A DNA stretch of 64,000 nt from Paramecium tetraurelia (taxonomy: Eukaryota). Below, in pieces: positions 1-13,551 of this stretch; positions within the stretch are counted from its first letter, which is position 1, and every line of letters starts with the position of its first letter. The stretch spans positions 186,001 to 250,000 of the forward strand of contig CT868651.1 in NCBI GenBank assembly GCA_000165425.1, written 5' to 3'. Position numbers and translations under genes: made by a program. The notes under the pieces were generated by a model, which was not told where the DNA came from, did no database searches, and saw only the letters and a program-made list of their open reading frames with translations.

Positions 1-171
1 GAACACCATTTGAAAATGGCAGAAAATGATAAAGAATACAAACTAAAGTTAAGAAAAACAATTGGTTGGTTTACACTAGCGAGAGGATTAAGACCATACG
101 TTATTAATCCATTGAATAAAGCAATTATAATTTTTATGAAGACTTACAATTCTTTGATAGGAGTTGTGTGA
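1..171 (+). CDS. 3' end of an unknown protein (runs off the window)
   Basis: Frame 1 is open under code 6 (EHHLKMAEND...SLIGVV) to TGA at 169-171 and converges on the next gene. Confidence 0.45.
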   Translation, partial: EHHLKMAENDKEYKLKLRKTIGWFTLARGLRPYVINPLNKAIIIFMKTYNSLIGVV

Positions 172-217
172 ATTAAAGATCTTATAACATTTTTAACAAT
201 TTGTAGATGTATCATTT

Positions 218-1855
218 TCATTACTTGATTTTTTATTTAACTAAGCATTCTTTCAATACAAACTCGAATTCATTAAATGAAACAGATCCATCTTTATTGT
301 GATCAAAAAAGGTAAAGATGGCTTTAGCTTCTTCATCTGTCACAGTTTGATCAATTTTCTTTAATAGTTTGCCTAATTCTGACGCATCTAGTTCATGATT
401 AGCTGATTTATCATACTAGAATTATAAGAACAATTACCTTGTTAAACAAATCTAAAAGATTAATATTGTATTTGACAATAGATATCTTGAGTTTTTCAAT
501 TACTGATCTTACTCTATCATCAAGTGACCCTGCTTATATATCTTATTGTGGTTTCATAAGAATACTGACCTTCTTTTTAGTCCTGCTGACTTCAGATGCA
601 GTCATTCTGCACTATGTTTAATTTTAATTAATAAATTACATCATTTTCTTCCAACCATTTTTTGAATTCATTAAACTCTATTAGATTATTTCCATCATCA
701 TCAAATTTATTGAAAATATACTCAATCTCCTCTCTAGTCAGATTTTTATCTACTCTCTATAAGAACTTCCCTAACTCATTGACATTTAATGCTTTATCCT
801 TGGTCATATCTAGTTCTGCAAATAGTTCTCCAATATCAATCTATTCTTTAATAATCATCTGTCTTATATCATTGATCAAATAGGTAGCTTTATCTTCCAA
901 AATGCTGACATTTTTAATGAAATCTGTAAAGTGTCCTTTAAATAAAGGATGTCGATAGATCTCATCCCAAGACAATCTATCTTTTTCCTCTGCTTACAAG
1001 CATCCTGTTAAAAATTCCTAGGCTTCCTTAGAGATTTAAGGTCCTTTGAATGACAAAGGCTGACTTCTAATATTTTTTAGAAGTTCTTAAGGGGATCTAG
1101 CAGTCCAAGGAGCTAAATAATTGATAAAACAGAGAATATTTACTTTTTCCGTAGAGTGCTTCATAAAAGATGAAAGCTATACTCCAAATATCAGTCTTGG
1201 AAGTGTACTTTTTATTATCCAAGATTTATGGTGACATATAGAGTGGTGTTCCTACTAATGATGCTAGCATATCCTTTTTAAAATTGTCGACACATTTTGC
1301 AAATCCAAAATCTGCTAATTTGAAGGTCTAGAATATGATTTTAATTTTTATGTACTCCTTTATCTATTAATATGTTGGCTGGTTTCAAATCTCTATGAAT
1401 GATTCCATTTTTAATTAGTTATATGAATCCATTCAAAATGTCAATCATAAATTTGACTGCATCCTTCTCAGGCATTGTTTTCTTTTATGCCACATAACTG
1501 ATTATATAACATTTTTACATACTTTTCAATCAATTTATCTAGATCTCCACTATCACAATATTCCTGAATTATATAATAATTGTTATTGGTTTCCATCACA
1601 TCCATTAATGATACTATGTTTGGACTCTTCAGTTTTTGCATCACTTTTATCTCTGAGATCAAACCCTCTCTTAAATAATCATCTCTAAATTTCGATCAAT
1701 CTAAAATACGCATTTATCACAGATTTGTTTAACACTTTTATAGCCACCTTTACTCCTGTCTTTTCATCTCTTCCTCTGTACACTTAGGCATATGAACCCT
1801 CTCCTATGATATCCTTAGGATTGAATAGATATTTGTCAATTCTTTTCTCCCCCAT
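218..1855 (-). CDS. Ser/Thr protein kinase with C-terminal EF-hands (CDPK/ULK-like)
   Basis: GEGSYA, VAIK, HRDLKPAN, DFG and GTPLYMSP motifs, then EF-hand loops (DDDGNNLIEFNEF, DKSANHELDASEL, DHNKDGSVSFNEF); several introns of about 25 nt. Confidence 0.9.
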
Positions 1856-3345
1856 AAAATAAAAATAAATTCAATCATCTCCATCATAATTATATTCATC
1901 ATCCAATCTTATAATTAAACCCATCTAAAACACGTATCCTTTACTTTCTTTCCATATCTTTCTCCTTTCTTCACTCCTCTTCATCCCAATCTCCATTGAT
2001 CTCTCCATAGAGTCACTTTTGACTTATTCTCAATATCTCATGTGACTAATGGAGTCAACCATTCAAAATTTATAGAAGTCTTATTATAACAATTACTTAT
2101 GTTCTATGTTACTTATTACATTTTTAATCTACAAGTAACCGTAATCACTATCCAAACATTATTTAGATTAATAAACATATATGAAATAGACTAAGAATAA
2201 AACAAAAAATTTCATTTGTTCAACACATTCGTTTTCGAACTTGTGATATATAAATCAGTAATTAAGATTATTATTGAATATTATGTATTTCTATAAAGAA
2301 TTTTAATTACAAATTTTAAATAAAAATTAGACTCCTCCTCAATACAATTCTTATTAACTTTCCAAATCCACTTCATCATATTATTTATATGTCTATTTAT
2401 GCATAATTTAAGTATCATTATCTAAATATTCAAATTATATGTAAATATATGTAAATGTATCATAGCTTTCTTCAAAGAACTACCTCTAATTTGAATTTGG
2501 AACTTATATGATTTAATATGTTTCAATTACAGTAATTTGAATGGTTTTGGTTTCGTGTATCAACAATTAAATTAGAATATTCTAAAAACTTGAAATCAAG
2601 AGATGAAATTGGATCTTAGCAGATTCTCAATATCCTTGAATCGATTTTGGGCAATTAGCTTAATTTAAAACGATGAAAATTACTTATGGCTTTAAGTTGA
2701 TAAATAGGAATTCTAACTATATTCTTGATCTTATTATACAAAAATTCAAGCTTACTATGATGGTTTAGTTTATTGGTTTTGTATTATACAATTCATTTTA
2801 ATGAGGGTAGATTGTAATAATAAGTAATGCTACACTCCGAGATAAAAATCATTGCTAATGCTAGGATCTACTTACTATCATCGTTAAGAAATGTTAAAGA
2901 GTAGTCTAAAATAATGTTTATTTAAAATTGATTTCTATGAGTGGTTTTCGATTTTAAGTTTAGTAATCTTATTACAACTAAAAATTTATGTTAAACCATC
3001 TTAATCAAATGAATTTATTGAATTCACAACAGGGTCATCTAATTTATCTACAATTCAATTTAGTACATTAATAATTATAATCAAAACATGTAGAGATTAT
3101 TGAGTTAGCAGAATTTTGGTAAAGAAGAACCAAATATAAGGAGGAGGGTGTGAAATTCTGAGTGTTAATTAATTAAGAAAGATAGAATTATGGTAGAGAG
3201 TTTAGAGGAGTAGTAATATTATAAAAAGAAGAGTTTTCTTGAGTTATTTGTTTGATTTGTAATGTTTTCTTTTTGCTTGGGATAGTATCTTCCTATATTA
3301 TTCAAGTTTCTTTAATTATTAATCGATTGGCAGCAGCTCAGAAAA

Positions 3346-5080
3346 ATGAAATAAAGACCAAGACAGATAGATGCATCAAAGCCAGTACTCACTATAAGCA
3401 CCTTAGAAGCATTCAACCATGCTGAAGGACAAGAGACAGAAATCAAAAACACGGAGTAAATCATTACTCCTGATTAACTCATGAAAGAAAAGTAAATTGC
3501 ACACATCTGTATAATTACAAAAGAGGAGTTTAAGAGAGAGGATTTCACCTTTCTCAAATGTGAAATCTCGACCTTGCTCCTCCATACTTGCCTTATTTAT
3601 TTTTATATTATACTCATTATTATTTAGACCTAAATAATTTGAAGAGCCCACACTCAAATCACAACTGCCTGCCAGATGTCGTGAGGATTACATTCAATAC
3701 AAAGTACCAGTTTATCCGGATGCCACAACTTATGAATTAACTGAAGAGGATGTACATTTCCTATAGACTATCAATGAAAAGCTATAAATTCTCATTACGA
3801 TCGAAGATTTTGAATTATACCTTGCATTACTAGATGCTAAGAGTGGGAAAGATGTAGAAATAGATTTTAGTGAATTTCTTAAATTGAAACCAATTCTGCC
3901 ACGAACCATAAATTAACAAACAATTACACTTTAGGAATAGTTATACAACTACTTTAAGAAGCAAAGATAACATTTTTCTCGTTCACTTACGAGATTCCTA
4001 ATGCATCCATATTACGAGGATAGTAATCCTCATTTGGCATTTCGTCCTAGGACATAACCGATGGATAGAACGATGAAATTAAGAAGAGGAAATGCCTAAA
4101 ATACAAGAGGAGTTAATGAAATGGAAAATTTGGGTCAGAAAATAGTATTGTTGAAAAGAGACCTTTTGATTGTTTCCAATCTCATAGATTAGAGTATTTA
4201 AAGAGAAAAGGCTATGGAAATAGAGAGGAGATTCAATTTTTGTAAATTCATTAAAGAATTCTTTGATTAATCCAAGAAAGAAAAAGATAATAATTCAGAA
4301 ATCAGATTATGGCCGAAAGACTGTTTTGTAAGGGATTGTTAGGATAGATGTTCAATTAATGTTGTTGAAAGGGCTGATGAGATGTTTGATAATATTTCAA
4401 AAGAAATTATTCAATGGAAAGATTTCAATGAATAATAGAGAAGAGAAAAACAAAAAAAAGAAGATTAGATTCTCAAATTTGAAAAACAAATTGAGGATCT
4501 CATTATAGACAAACTCAAATTTGAAGAAAAACCTCCTGTAATAGTACCTCCAGTTGTCCAATAACCTATTCAACCCTAAATTCCTTAAATACCTGTGATT
4601 CCTCAAGAACCACCAGATGAGAAAATGGAAAGCGTAGCCAGATTTTTAGCAACTTTGTATTTGGAAGCTAGAAAATATCAATTGACGTTTGATTAAGTGT
4701 TATCAGATTAGTTCCCCATCTATAAAATCTAGAACCCTCAGCAACAAGTCAATTCTAAAAGTATTTTCCCCTTCGCTTTAATGCAAATTGAGGGAAATGA
4801 TATGGTGTATAAAATAAGAAAGGATAATTGTTTAGAAAGAAACCATAGCGCATATTGGGAGAGCTATTAAGACCAATAAATAACAAGTACATTATATTAT
4901 TAACACGAATATTTCAAAGAAAAAGTCAATGATATAATGGAAATTGCAGATATGGATCAAATGGTTTATGCGTAAGGAGTTGATGATGAAAAATTGGATG
5001 AAGAAGAGAAATTATTTAAAAAAAAAGTCAAGAGCAGTTCAACAAGAATGACAGGTGTAAATGGAGGGCAATTAAAATGA
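3346..5080 (+). CDS. EPL1: Enhancer of polycomb-like protein (EPL1/EPC, NuA4 subunit)
   Basis: N-terminal RPRQIDASKPV, IITP, YELTEED..FL and DSNPHLAFRPR match the EPcA/EPL1 motifs. One intron is required, best modelled as 3492-3627. Confidence 0.8.
3523..3582 (+). other. Long RNA stem-loop inside the predicted 136-nt intron of the EPL1 gene
   Basis: GAGGAG/CTCCTC, TAAG/CTTG and GA-G-GATTTCAC/GTGAAATCTC give about 20 bp with an 11-nt loop. Confidence 0.7.
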
Positions 5081-5201
5081 TTATTAAACTTATTCGATAT
5101 ATAAAATGTTAAATTGATTTTGCAATTTTGTTAAATAAAATAAATACAATAATAATTTAGTTATTTATATTGTATGTGTATGAATGTACTTTGTATTAAA
5201 C

Positions 5202-5644
5202 TCAATAGAAGAAACCAAGGATTTTACCTCCAATATGTCTTTATCTAGCCTCCTCGTGAGTAAGAATGCCAACATTAGTAGTTAAGACGACGCATCCAAA
5301 TTGTCTGGCTGGTAAAATATTGTTAGCCCATCTCTCGAATTCACCGAGAGTAACATCATAGCGAGGTGAAATGACTCCACATTTATTAATGCGACCTTAC
5401 ATATGTAACAATTGATACCCAATAATTCTACTACAATTTTGCCACTTCTATGATCGTCGACAATTTCAAACTCTCCAATATATCCGTGTCTCTACATGAC
5501 TTATAAGAATTTCACAACTAATTTGGATGTTGGTCTTATTAACACTTACTTTCTTCCTTATCTTTTCTAATAAAACAATAAAGTGTACCTCTCAGCATTC
5601 ACAATGGAACGAAGGCAATCATTTAGAACGTTCATCTTGACCAT
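5202..5644 (-). CDS. RPS15A: 40S ribosomal protein S15a (uS8)
   Basis: [11 protein letters not shown]...VLIRPTSK...[19 protein letters not shown]...GGKILGFFY*; introns 5562-5588 and 5396-5418. Confidence 0.97.
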
Positions 5645-5853
5645 TTTAAATTAAAGATTTAAAAATATATTAATTATTTTTATATAATTGTTCTGAAAAA
5701 AAGAAAAAAATAAAGTTTTCATTATTATTTTCTGAAGAAATGATTATTTTTAGATTAGTAATTAATATAGTGATTCATTATAAATGAAATACTCTGAAAC
5801 ACACAAATTCAGATTTGATAAGTTAAGCTTAATCCTAATTTAAATCTTTAATA

Positions 5854-8800
5854 ATGTCTCAAAGAAAATCGCTAGCTCAAGCCCATATTAAGACGGTTCT
5901 GATCTCTGAAGCACGAGGAAAATTCAAGAGATGTTAGCTGTGTCAAAAGGAATTTGGGTTGTTGAAGCCTGAGCATTAGTGCAAAAGGTTCCATGAAAAC
6001 CTCATATTTTAGATGTCGACGAGCTGTTTGCAAATAGTGTTCAGAACATAAAATCATCTACATTACAGAAACAGGTCCAAGCAAAAGGCCAAGAAGAATT
6101 TGTAATTCTTGTAAAGATGAAAGTGATTGGATCAAAAAGTTCATTGAGTAATAAAAGATTGTCTTTGGAACGAATACTGTTGCCGTTGAATGGCTACAAG
6201 CCTCAGGTTTGACAGTAGAACATGCAAATCAAGTATAGATGTATTAGTATAACAGGAATACGAAAAAGCACAAAATGAATAAAGTCCTGCAAAAGAGAAT
6301 AATGATTATTAAAAAATGAAGTCAGAGTTGAATTCAGTCATGATTGAACTATGGTTGAATCTCAACTTTTCTCTTAGAGAATTCATTACATATATAATCA
6401 AAGATAACGAACGCGAATTATTGACTTAAAAAATTAGCAAGGTGTTAGGCTCCTTATTAATCCAATATCCAGATATCGGGTATAGTGCAGATTAAATCTT
6501 GATTACACTTTTTTTGCTCTGTTTTTCCTCGGAAGCATCAGCATATGTCTTGTTAACTGTGCTTTATTCAGATATAATTCCGTTCAATACTTATCCATCA
6601 TAATTAAAATAGACACCTTATGATTATCTTAGCGAAACAGAAAAGATAGCTCAAGTTTTGGAACAGGCTTTTAAGCTTAAACAGAATGAAGTGACACTTG
6701 TTAAACCTTTCATGAGAAATAAAATATAAAGATACTTATAGCCATTTGGGATTAACTTCTTTCTTTTGTAAACTAATTTTTTCTTATTCAATCAAATGTT
6801 CTTGAGCCCCACATTAGGTTATGATAACTTTTTGAAATGTTTGGCTTCTTCCTTCTATACATCAATTGATGAAATCAAATAATTCAATCAATAATTTGAT
6901 GAAATAGAAGGTTAAATTATGAAAGGGGTTACATCAGTTATGATTGAGAAAAACTATGTACAAACAAAACTAATTATCTTTTTATCGCATTCTCATGGAA
7001 TGACATAAAGTGTCATTGTATCTAGGCCTTTGGAAAAGAATAAGGAAACACATTAAATTAAAGTTGAATTTCATAAAGACTAAAAAGCCTAACAATAAAA
7101 CGAACAAAATGAGGAAATGCTAATATATTCAGTGACTCAATCTAATGAGTTTTAGAATTTAAGAAGAAAAACAGTCCAAATTGCTTAATAACCATAAGTT
7201 GATGAAGAAAAGGAGACTTTAAAAAAATACATTGTACAAATAGAAGAGCTCTTGATGACAAAACACAAGCTTGTTTCAGAATTGCAATTGCAAGTTAAAG
7301 AACTACAAAATTAACCATTATAAATAATCAATAAAGATGTAGATTAACAAATTTTAGAGGATAATGATTAATTAAGAAAGAAAATATCTATGAAAGATTT
7401 AGAAATTTAAGCATTGCAGGAATAAAAGAAATATTCAGATAAAATTTAAGAAGACAATTAAAATATAATCAACAATTTACAGAAATCAAATTAAGAAATA
7501 TACACTTCATTGAATGCTTAAATCTTATAAAATCAAGAACTTCAATAATAGATTGCTGATTATAAAACATTATCTAGCCAAGCATCTGACAATTCGATGA
7601 CACCATCTTAAGGCGAAAGGAACTATTAAATAAATATCTCCTTATAATCTAGATAATCAGAGTAAGAATTGGCTTAACAAATGGAATAAGATAGATATAA
7701 GATTTTTTAATTAGAATTATAAGTAAATCAACTCAATAAAGAGTATATTGCATTACAATAATTGAATTAAGATAAACTTAGGATCATTGGAAATTTAGAA
7801 GTGAGATTAATATAAGCAGAGGCTGCTAAGAGGGAACATGAAAAATTTTCATCAGAGAACGTAGATATCAAAAAGAAGTTATAAAATCATGAATTAGTAA
7901 TAATCTAGTAGGCAGAGTAATTGCAATTGCTTCAGTAAAGGTATGATTTACGTTTATCAGAACTTGATGATGCCAAAAAAGAAAGATTTCAATTAGCTGA
8001 AGAGTTGAATTTAAAGAATTCTTAACATTCATAAATTATCTAAGAGCTTCAAAAGTAGTTAGCTGATTTATAAATTTTACATAATTCAGTTTCAGATTAG
8101 TTGAATCAAGCATTATCAATAAATGAAAAATTAAAATAACTAATTATAGAAAAAGATAATGAAATTTCTGAGTATGTGAAGCATTTATCAGAAAGAGATT
8201 TAATAATAGTTGCTCTAAAAGATGCTGATTTATTGATGAAGGATAGAAATTAACACTTAACAAAATAATTCGAAGAAAGTGAATCATAATTACATAAGAT
8301 TTAATAAGAATATAAACTCCATCAAGATCAACTACTTAGCACTTAAAATTAAACCTAAACATTATAAGAATAATTATAAAAACTATTTAGTGAACATTAA
8401 TAAATAAGTAATCAAAATACATTATTAATTATTGAATTGGAGGATTTTAAACTTAAATCGACAAAAATCGATTAATAACACATTTAATTAAGTGAAACTC
8501 ATAAATTAACAGTTAATGAATTAGATTCATTAAAATAAAGATTCACATAATTACTTAATGATCATAACAATGTATCAGAATAATATAGATTAATTTAAAT
8601 TTAATTTGAAGAAGAAAGAACAAATTCCGTATAAGTTTAAGAGAAAAATAGAATTATTGATGAACTCAAAAGTCAACTGTTAAAATTAGAAGAAACCCAT
8701 TAAGTTACTATTAAATTGCATTTAACAAAGATAGAAGAATTAGAAATTCTTATCATAACACATGAAAAAGGTATGTCTGAATTCAAATCTTTGAGTGAAA

Positions 8801-9261
8801 TACAAAAAAATTAAATTACTGACCTATTGGCTTAAATGGCATAATTAGAATCAGAGAGGGCAGAACATATTGCAAAAAATTAATCCCTAACAATATAATT
8901 AAATGCCAACATAGAAAGAATACATGATGTAGAAAACTAAAACAACACTTTGTAATCAGAACTTTAGTAATTGTAAAAAAGGTTTTAAGAATCAAATCAT
9001 CTTAACGGAGAATAGAAAGTCTTAATTATTCAATTAGAAGAAAGAATTACAGTGTTAATTGCTGAAGTCAAAACTAAGGAGGGGGAAATTGTAAAATTGA
9101 TATAAGTGATTGAATCCTAGAAATAGTCTATGATTGATTATGAAGAATTAATTAGAAAGCTAAAAGCCTAAATAGTTGAACTAGAAAAATCAAACCTTAG
9201 GTTAAAAACAACCTTAAAGCATTATAAAGAACTTTCTAAAGAAATGGCAGAGATTGATTGA
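5854..9261 (+). CDS. FYVE-like zinc finger + TBC-like segment + long coiled coil
   Basis: CQLCQKEFGLLKPEHQCKRCRRAVCKQCS...RICNSC, then YPDIGYS...LLCFSSEASAYVLL, then about 700 aa of Q/E/K/L heptad-like sequence; two short introns near the 5' end. Confidence 0.75.
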
Positions 9262-9852
9262 TTATTTGTTATTATATATCATGGATATATAAATTGAATT
9301 GATTTTTATGACTTCTTCTCTCATCTAATCTTGTAATCATAGGTTGGAAGAGAGATTTATTTAAACTTCATCTATTTTTTGTTGCTAATTTAGTTACAAT
9401 ATTATCTAATTTTTTAAAATAGGTTTTTAACCTTTAACTCTCAATTATACACAATGTTAATAAATATATTTAACTCTTCATCACGATTTAATATTTTTTA
9501 TTCTTTTTTAATTTGTTTAACATCGTTATTTTATCTTTAGGTAAGTATCTTCCAAAGATAAATAATATTGTAGTATGCAATCAAATTTATGATTCCATAA
9601 TAGTTTCAAATATATTCATAATCTTCTTAATTCATATATGATCTAATTTAATATTTGCATAATGTTTTTTTCTATTAGCAATTTTTACTATTTTTAGATA
9701 TTAAGAGATCGAAATTTATGAATATACTTATAAAAGAAAATAATTCAAATATAAAGTACCCCGGTTGAAGATATTTTGATATTCAAATTTTGGGTAACTG
9801 CTGAAATTCAAATAATTTTTTTAGAGAGTTTTCATCACATAGCACTTTAAAA

Positions 9853-11202
<1,350 letters not shown>

Positions 11203-11414
11203 TAAATAAATATATAAATAAATCACATATTCAAACATTCCTAAATTACTTATTATATTCATTTTACTTAAGAACTTCTGTTTTGGTGATGTGATTATGT
11301 CTTTGAATTTAGAAAACTGATATAAAATAAACAAATTCTTAAATGATATAGGGAGATTTTATCACAATTTATAATTTATAATCAAAATCTTTAATTTAAA
11401 ACCTATTTGAAAAT

Positions 11415-12293
11415 TCAGATTTATTTCTTTTGATTTTCACTACATAAGTGAAACTCTTAAGGTAACTTTAATAATAATTTTGAAAAATGTGATTTTTTTC
11501 CTGTTTGTATTGGATGTGTCTATTTTTTATTAAGAGGAATAAATCTTTAAATTGAACAAGGAATTTAATTATTTTGCTGATTTGTTCCATCATTTAAATT
11601 CAGTTGATTTCCAAAACTTACATTGAATATATTTTACTATTCATTACTTGTGTTATCATTTATCACATTCTTTTTTGTTATTCTATGTTCAATATAGGGT
11701 TCTGGTGTTTTTATTTATGGAAATCTAATGTCATTCACCTTATTTCTCTTTGATTCCACTGATTTTGGAATTTGAGGTAAAAATTACTCTTTTTTTGGTG
11801 ATTGAATTTGGTTTGTATTTGATGTATGGTCACCAGATTCTATTAATCTATTTATTATCTATTATTTTTGTTTGTTCTCTAGAGCCAATTCTTCATTTTT
11901 TTTTTGTAAATATTCAATTACTTCCTTCTATTATTTTGGAGATAGCAACCTTGGACTGACCTTGTTAGTCAACTCAGTCTAGCTTACCAATGTTTTACCC
12001 TTAGTAAAACAGTTCCTAGGACTCCTATAAGAATGGATGCTTCCTTCACCTTTGTGAAACAGTTTCTTACTATAATTCAAAAATCATACATCATCTTATG
12101 AGACTTCCAGCAAGTTTTTTCCTCTACCTTACTTTCTTTGTACAATATCGTCATGAATGGATATTTTTCTGCAGCCTTGAGCAAATAATTAAGGTTTCAT
12201 GCATAATTTGTTAGTGCAAGAAGTCAGAGTTGGGATAAAATGATTGTTGTCTAAAAATTATCCCAAATTACAATATTTTTGAGAACTTTTCAT
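11415..12293 (-). CDS. Hypothetical protein
   Basis: Long open frame under code 6 with two GT..TAG introns of about 20 nt near the 5' end; no domain recognised. Confidence 0.55.
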
Positions 12294-12486
12294 TAAGATT
12301 AGAAAACTATGCTAATTTAATTATTAATTGGTTGTAAAGAAGACTTTAAAATTATTCATCAACTTAATAATTCTTACTGATTTCTACCAATACATACATA
12401 TTTAAATTATATGATTAACCAGAATTTTACCTAAGCCCCTTTAAATTAATTAAAATAAACCATACTCAATATTTAAATACACAAAT

Positions 12487-12915
12487 ATGTTCAAATAATT
12501 TACTAAAATTAACCAGCCCTCATAAAATCTGCTTAAAGGATAGATGGTACGATTCCTCTTGCAATTTTTCCAATTAAATTACTTTTAAATAATGTTTATC
12601 TGCAATCATATCAAAATTAACAAATATTTGACATCATTAGCTATCGAAACTAATCCTCTTTCAAATTATATTAAAATTTTTTGTAAATAGTAATTTAAGC
12701 ATAATACCAATTAGGTTTAGAATTCTACTGAAATTGCAAATAAGAGAAATCTAGGTCTATTACAGAATTTGTAATTTAATATTTAGCTCATCTAAAAGTA
12801 GAGGTTAACTAATAGAATAGCAAAATATGAACTATGTCACGATTTTGATTTTTCAACTCTTGAGCTATATAATATATAGGAAACAAATTATTAAGTGTCT
12901 AACTAAAAAATTTGA
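12487..12915 (+). CDS. Possible small hypothetical protein or gene relic
   Basis: ATG..TGA open frame of about 142 codons; no motif. Confidence 0.25.
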
Positions 12916-13063
12916 AGGATAGTGTGATAGAAGGAAAGAAAACATATTAAAAAATAATATGAGAAAACCAAAAATTCTTTTCTTACTTCTACTCAATTTT
13001 TTGTGATTATTTATCAAAAGAGTTAAGTGTGATTTTAAATAAATTTAATATCTTTTATTAAGA

Positions 13064-13464
13064 ATGCCTATTTTGAGAAGAAAGGATCAATAGAAAGCCA
13101 AAAATTTGAACTTGAAATTCATCATTGACTGCGCCGAACCAAAGGAAGATAAAGTAATTCATAGTGGCATAATTCCCTATGATAGGTTTTGAACTTGGAT
13201 GAATTTGTGAGTTACCTTCAATCCAGAATCAAGGTTTAAGGAAAGACCGGAAATCTTGGTAATGATGTCACTGTTTCTGCCGAATAAGAGAAAGTTGTAG
13301 TCACATCCACAATCCCATTCTCCAAGAGATACCTCAGATATTTAACAAAGAAATATTTGAAATAAGAAACCTTAAGAGAATATTTGTATGTGCACTCACT
13401 TGACAAATCCACATACTAATTGAAGTATTTCAATGTAGGCTAAGACGAGGAAGAATAAAAATGA
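13064..13464 (+). CDS. RPL22: 60S ribosomal protein L22 (eL22)
   Basis: KFIIDCAEP...RIKVQGKTGNLG...PFSKRYLRYLTKKYLK...YQLKYFN; one 32-nt intron at 13154-13185. Confidence 0.97.
13159..13182 (+). promoter_or_regulatory. Intronic hairpin resembling an eL22-binding element
   Basis: TCATAG-T-GG [CATAATT] CC-CTATGA: 8 bp, one bulged U, G-C closing pair, 7-nt loop ending in U. Confidence 0.6.
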
Positions 13465-13551
13465 TCAATATGACATTTTGTTAGTACATTAATCAAAGAT
13501 CAATTATATTATTTTATATTGTGGTAATCTATAAATAGATAGAATCACTCA

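Noticed and set aside
1870..3340. Coding-like fragments on both strands between the kinase and EPL1
   Set aside because: No continuous frame or recognisable motif; probably relics, and I cannot support a call.
9308..9356. SECIS-like ATGA...AA...GA stem after the FYVE/coiled-coil gene
   Set aside because: Only about 7 contiguous pairs, and the upstream TGA has no selenoprotein context or meaningful read-through.
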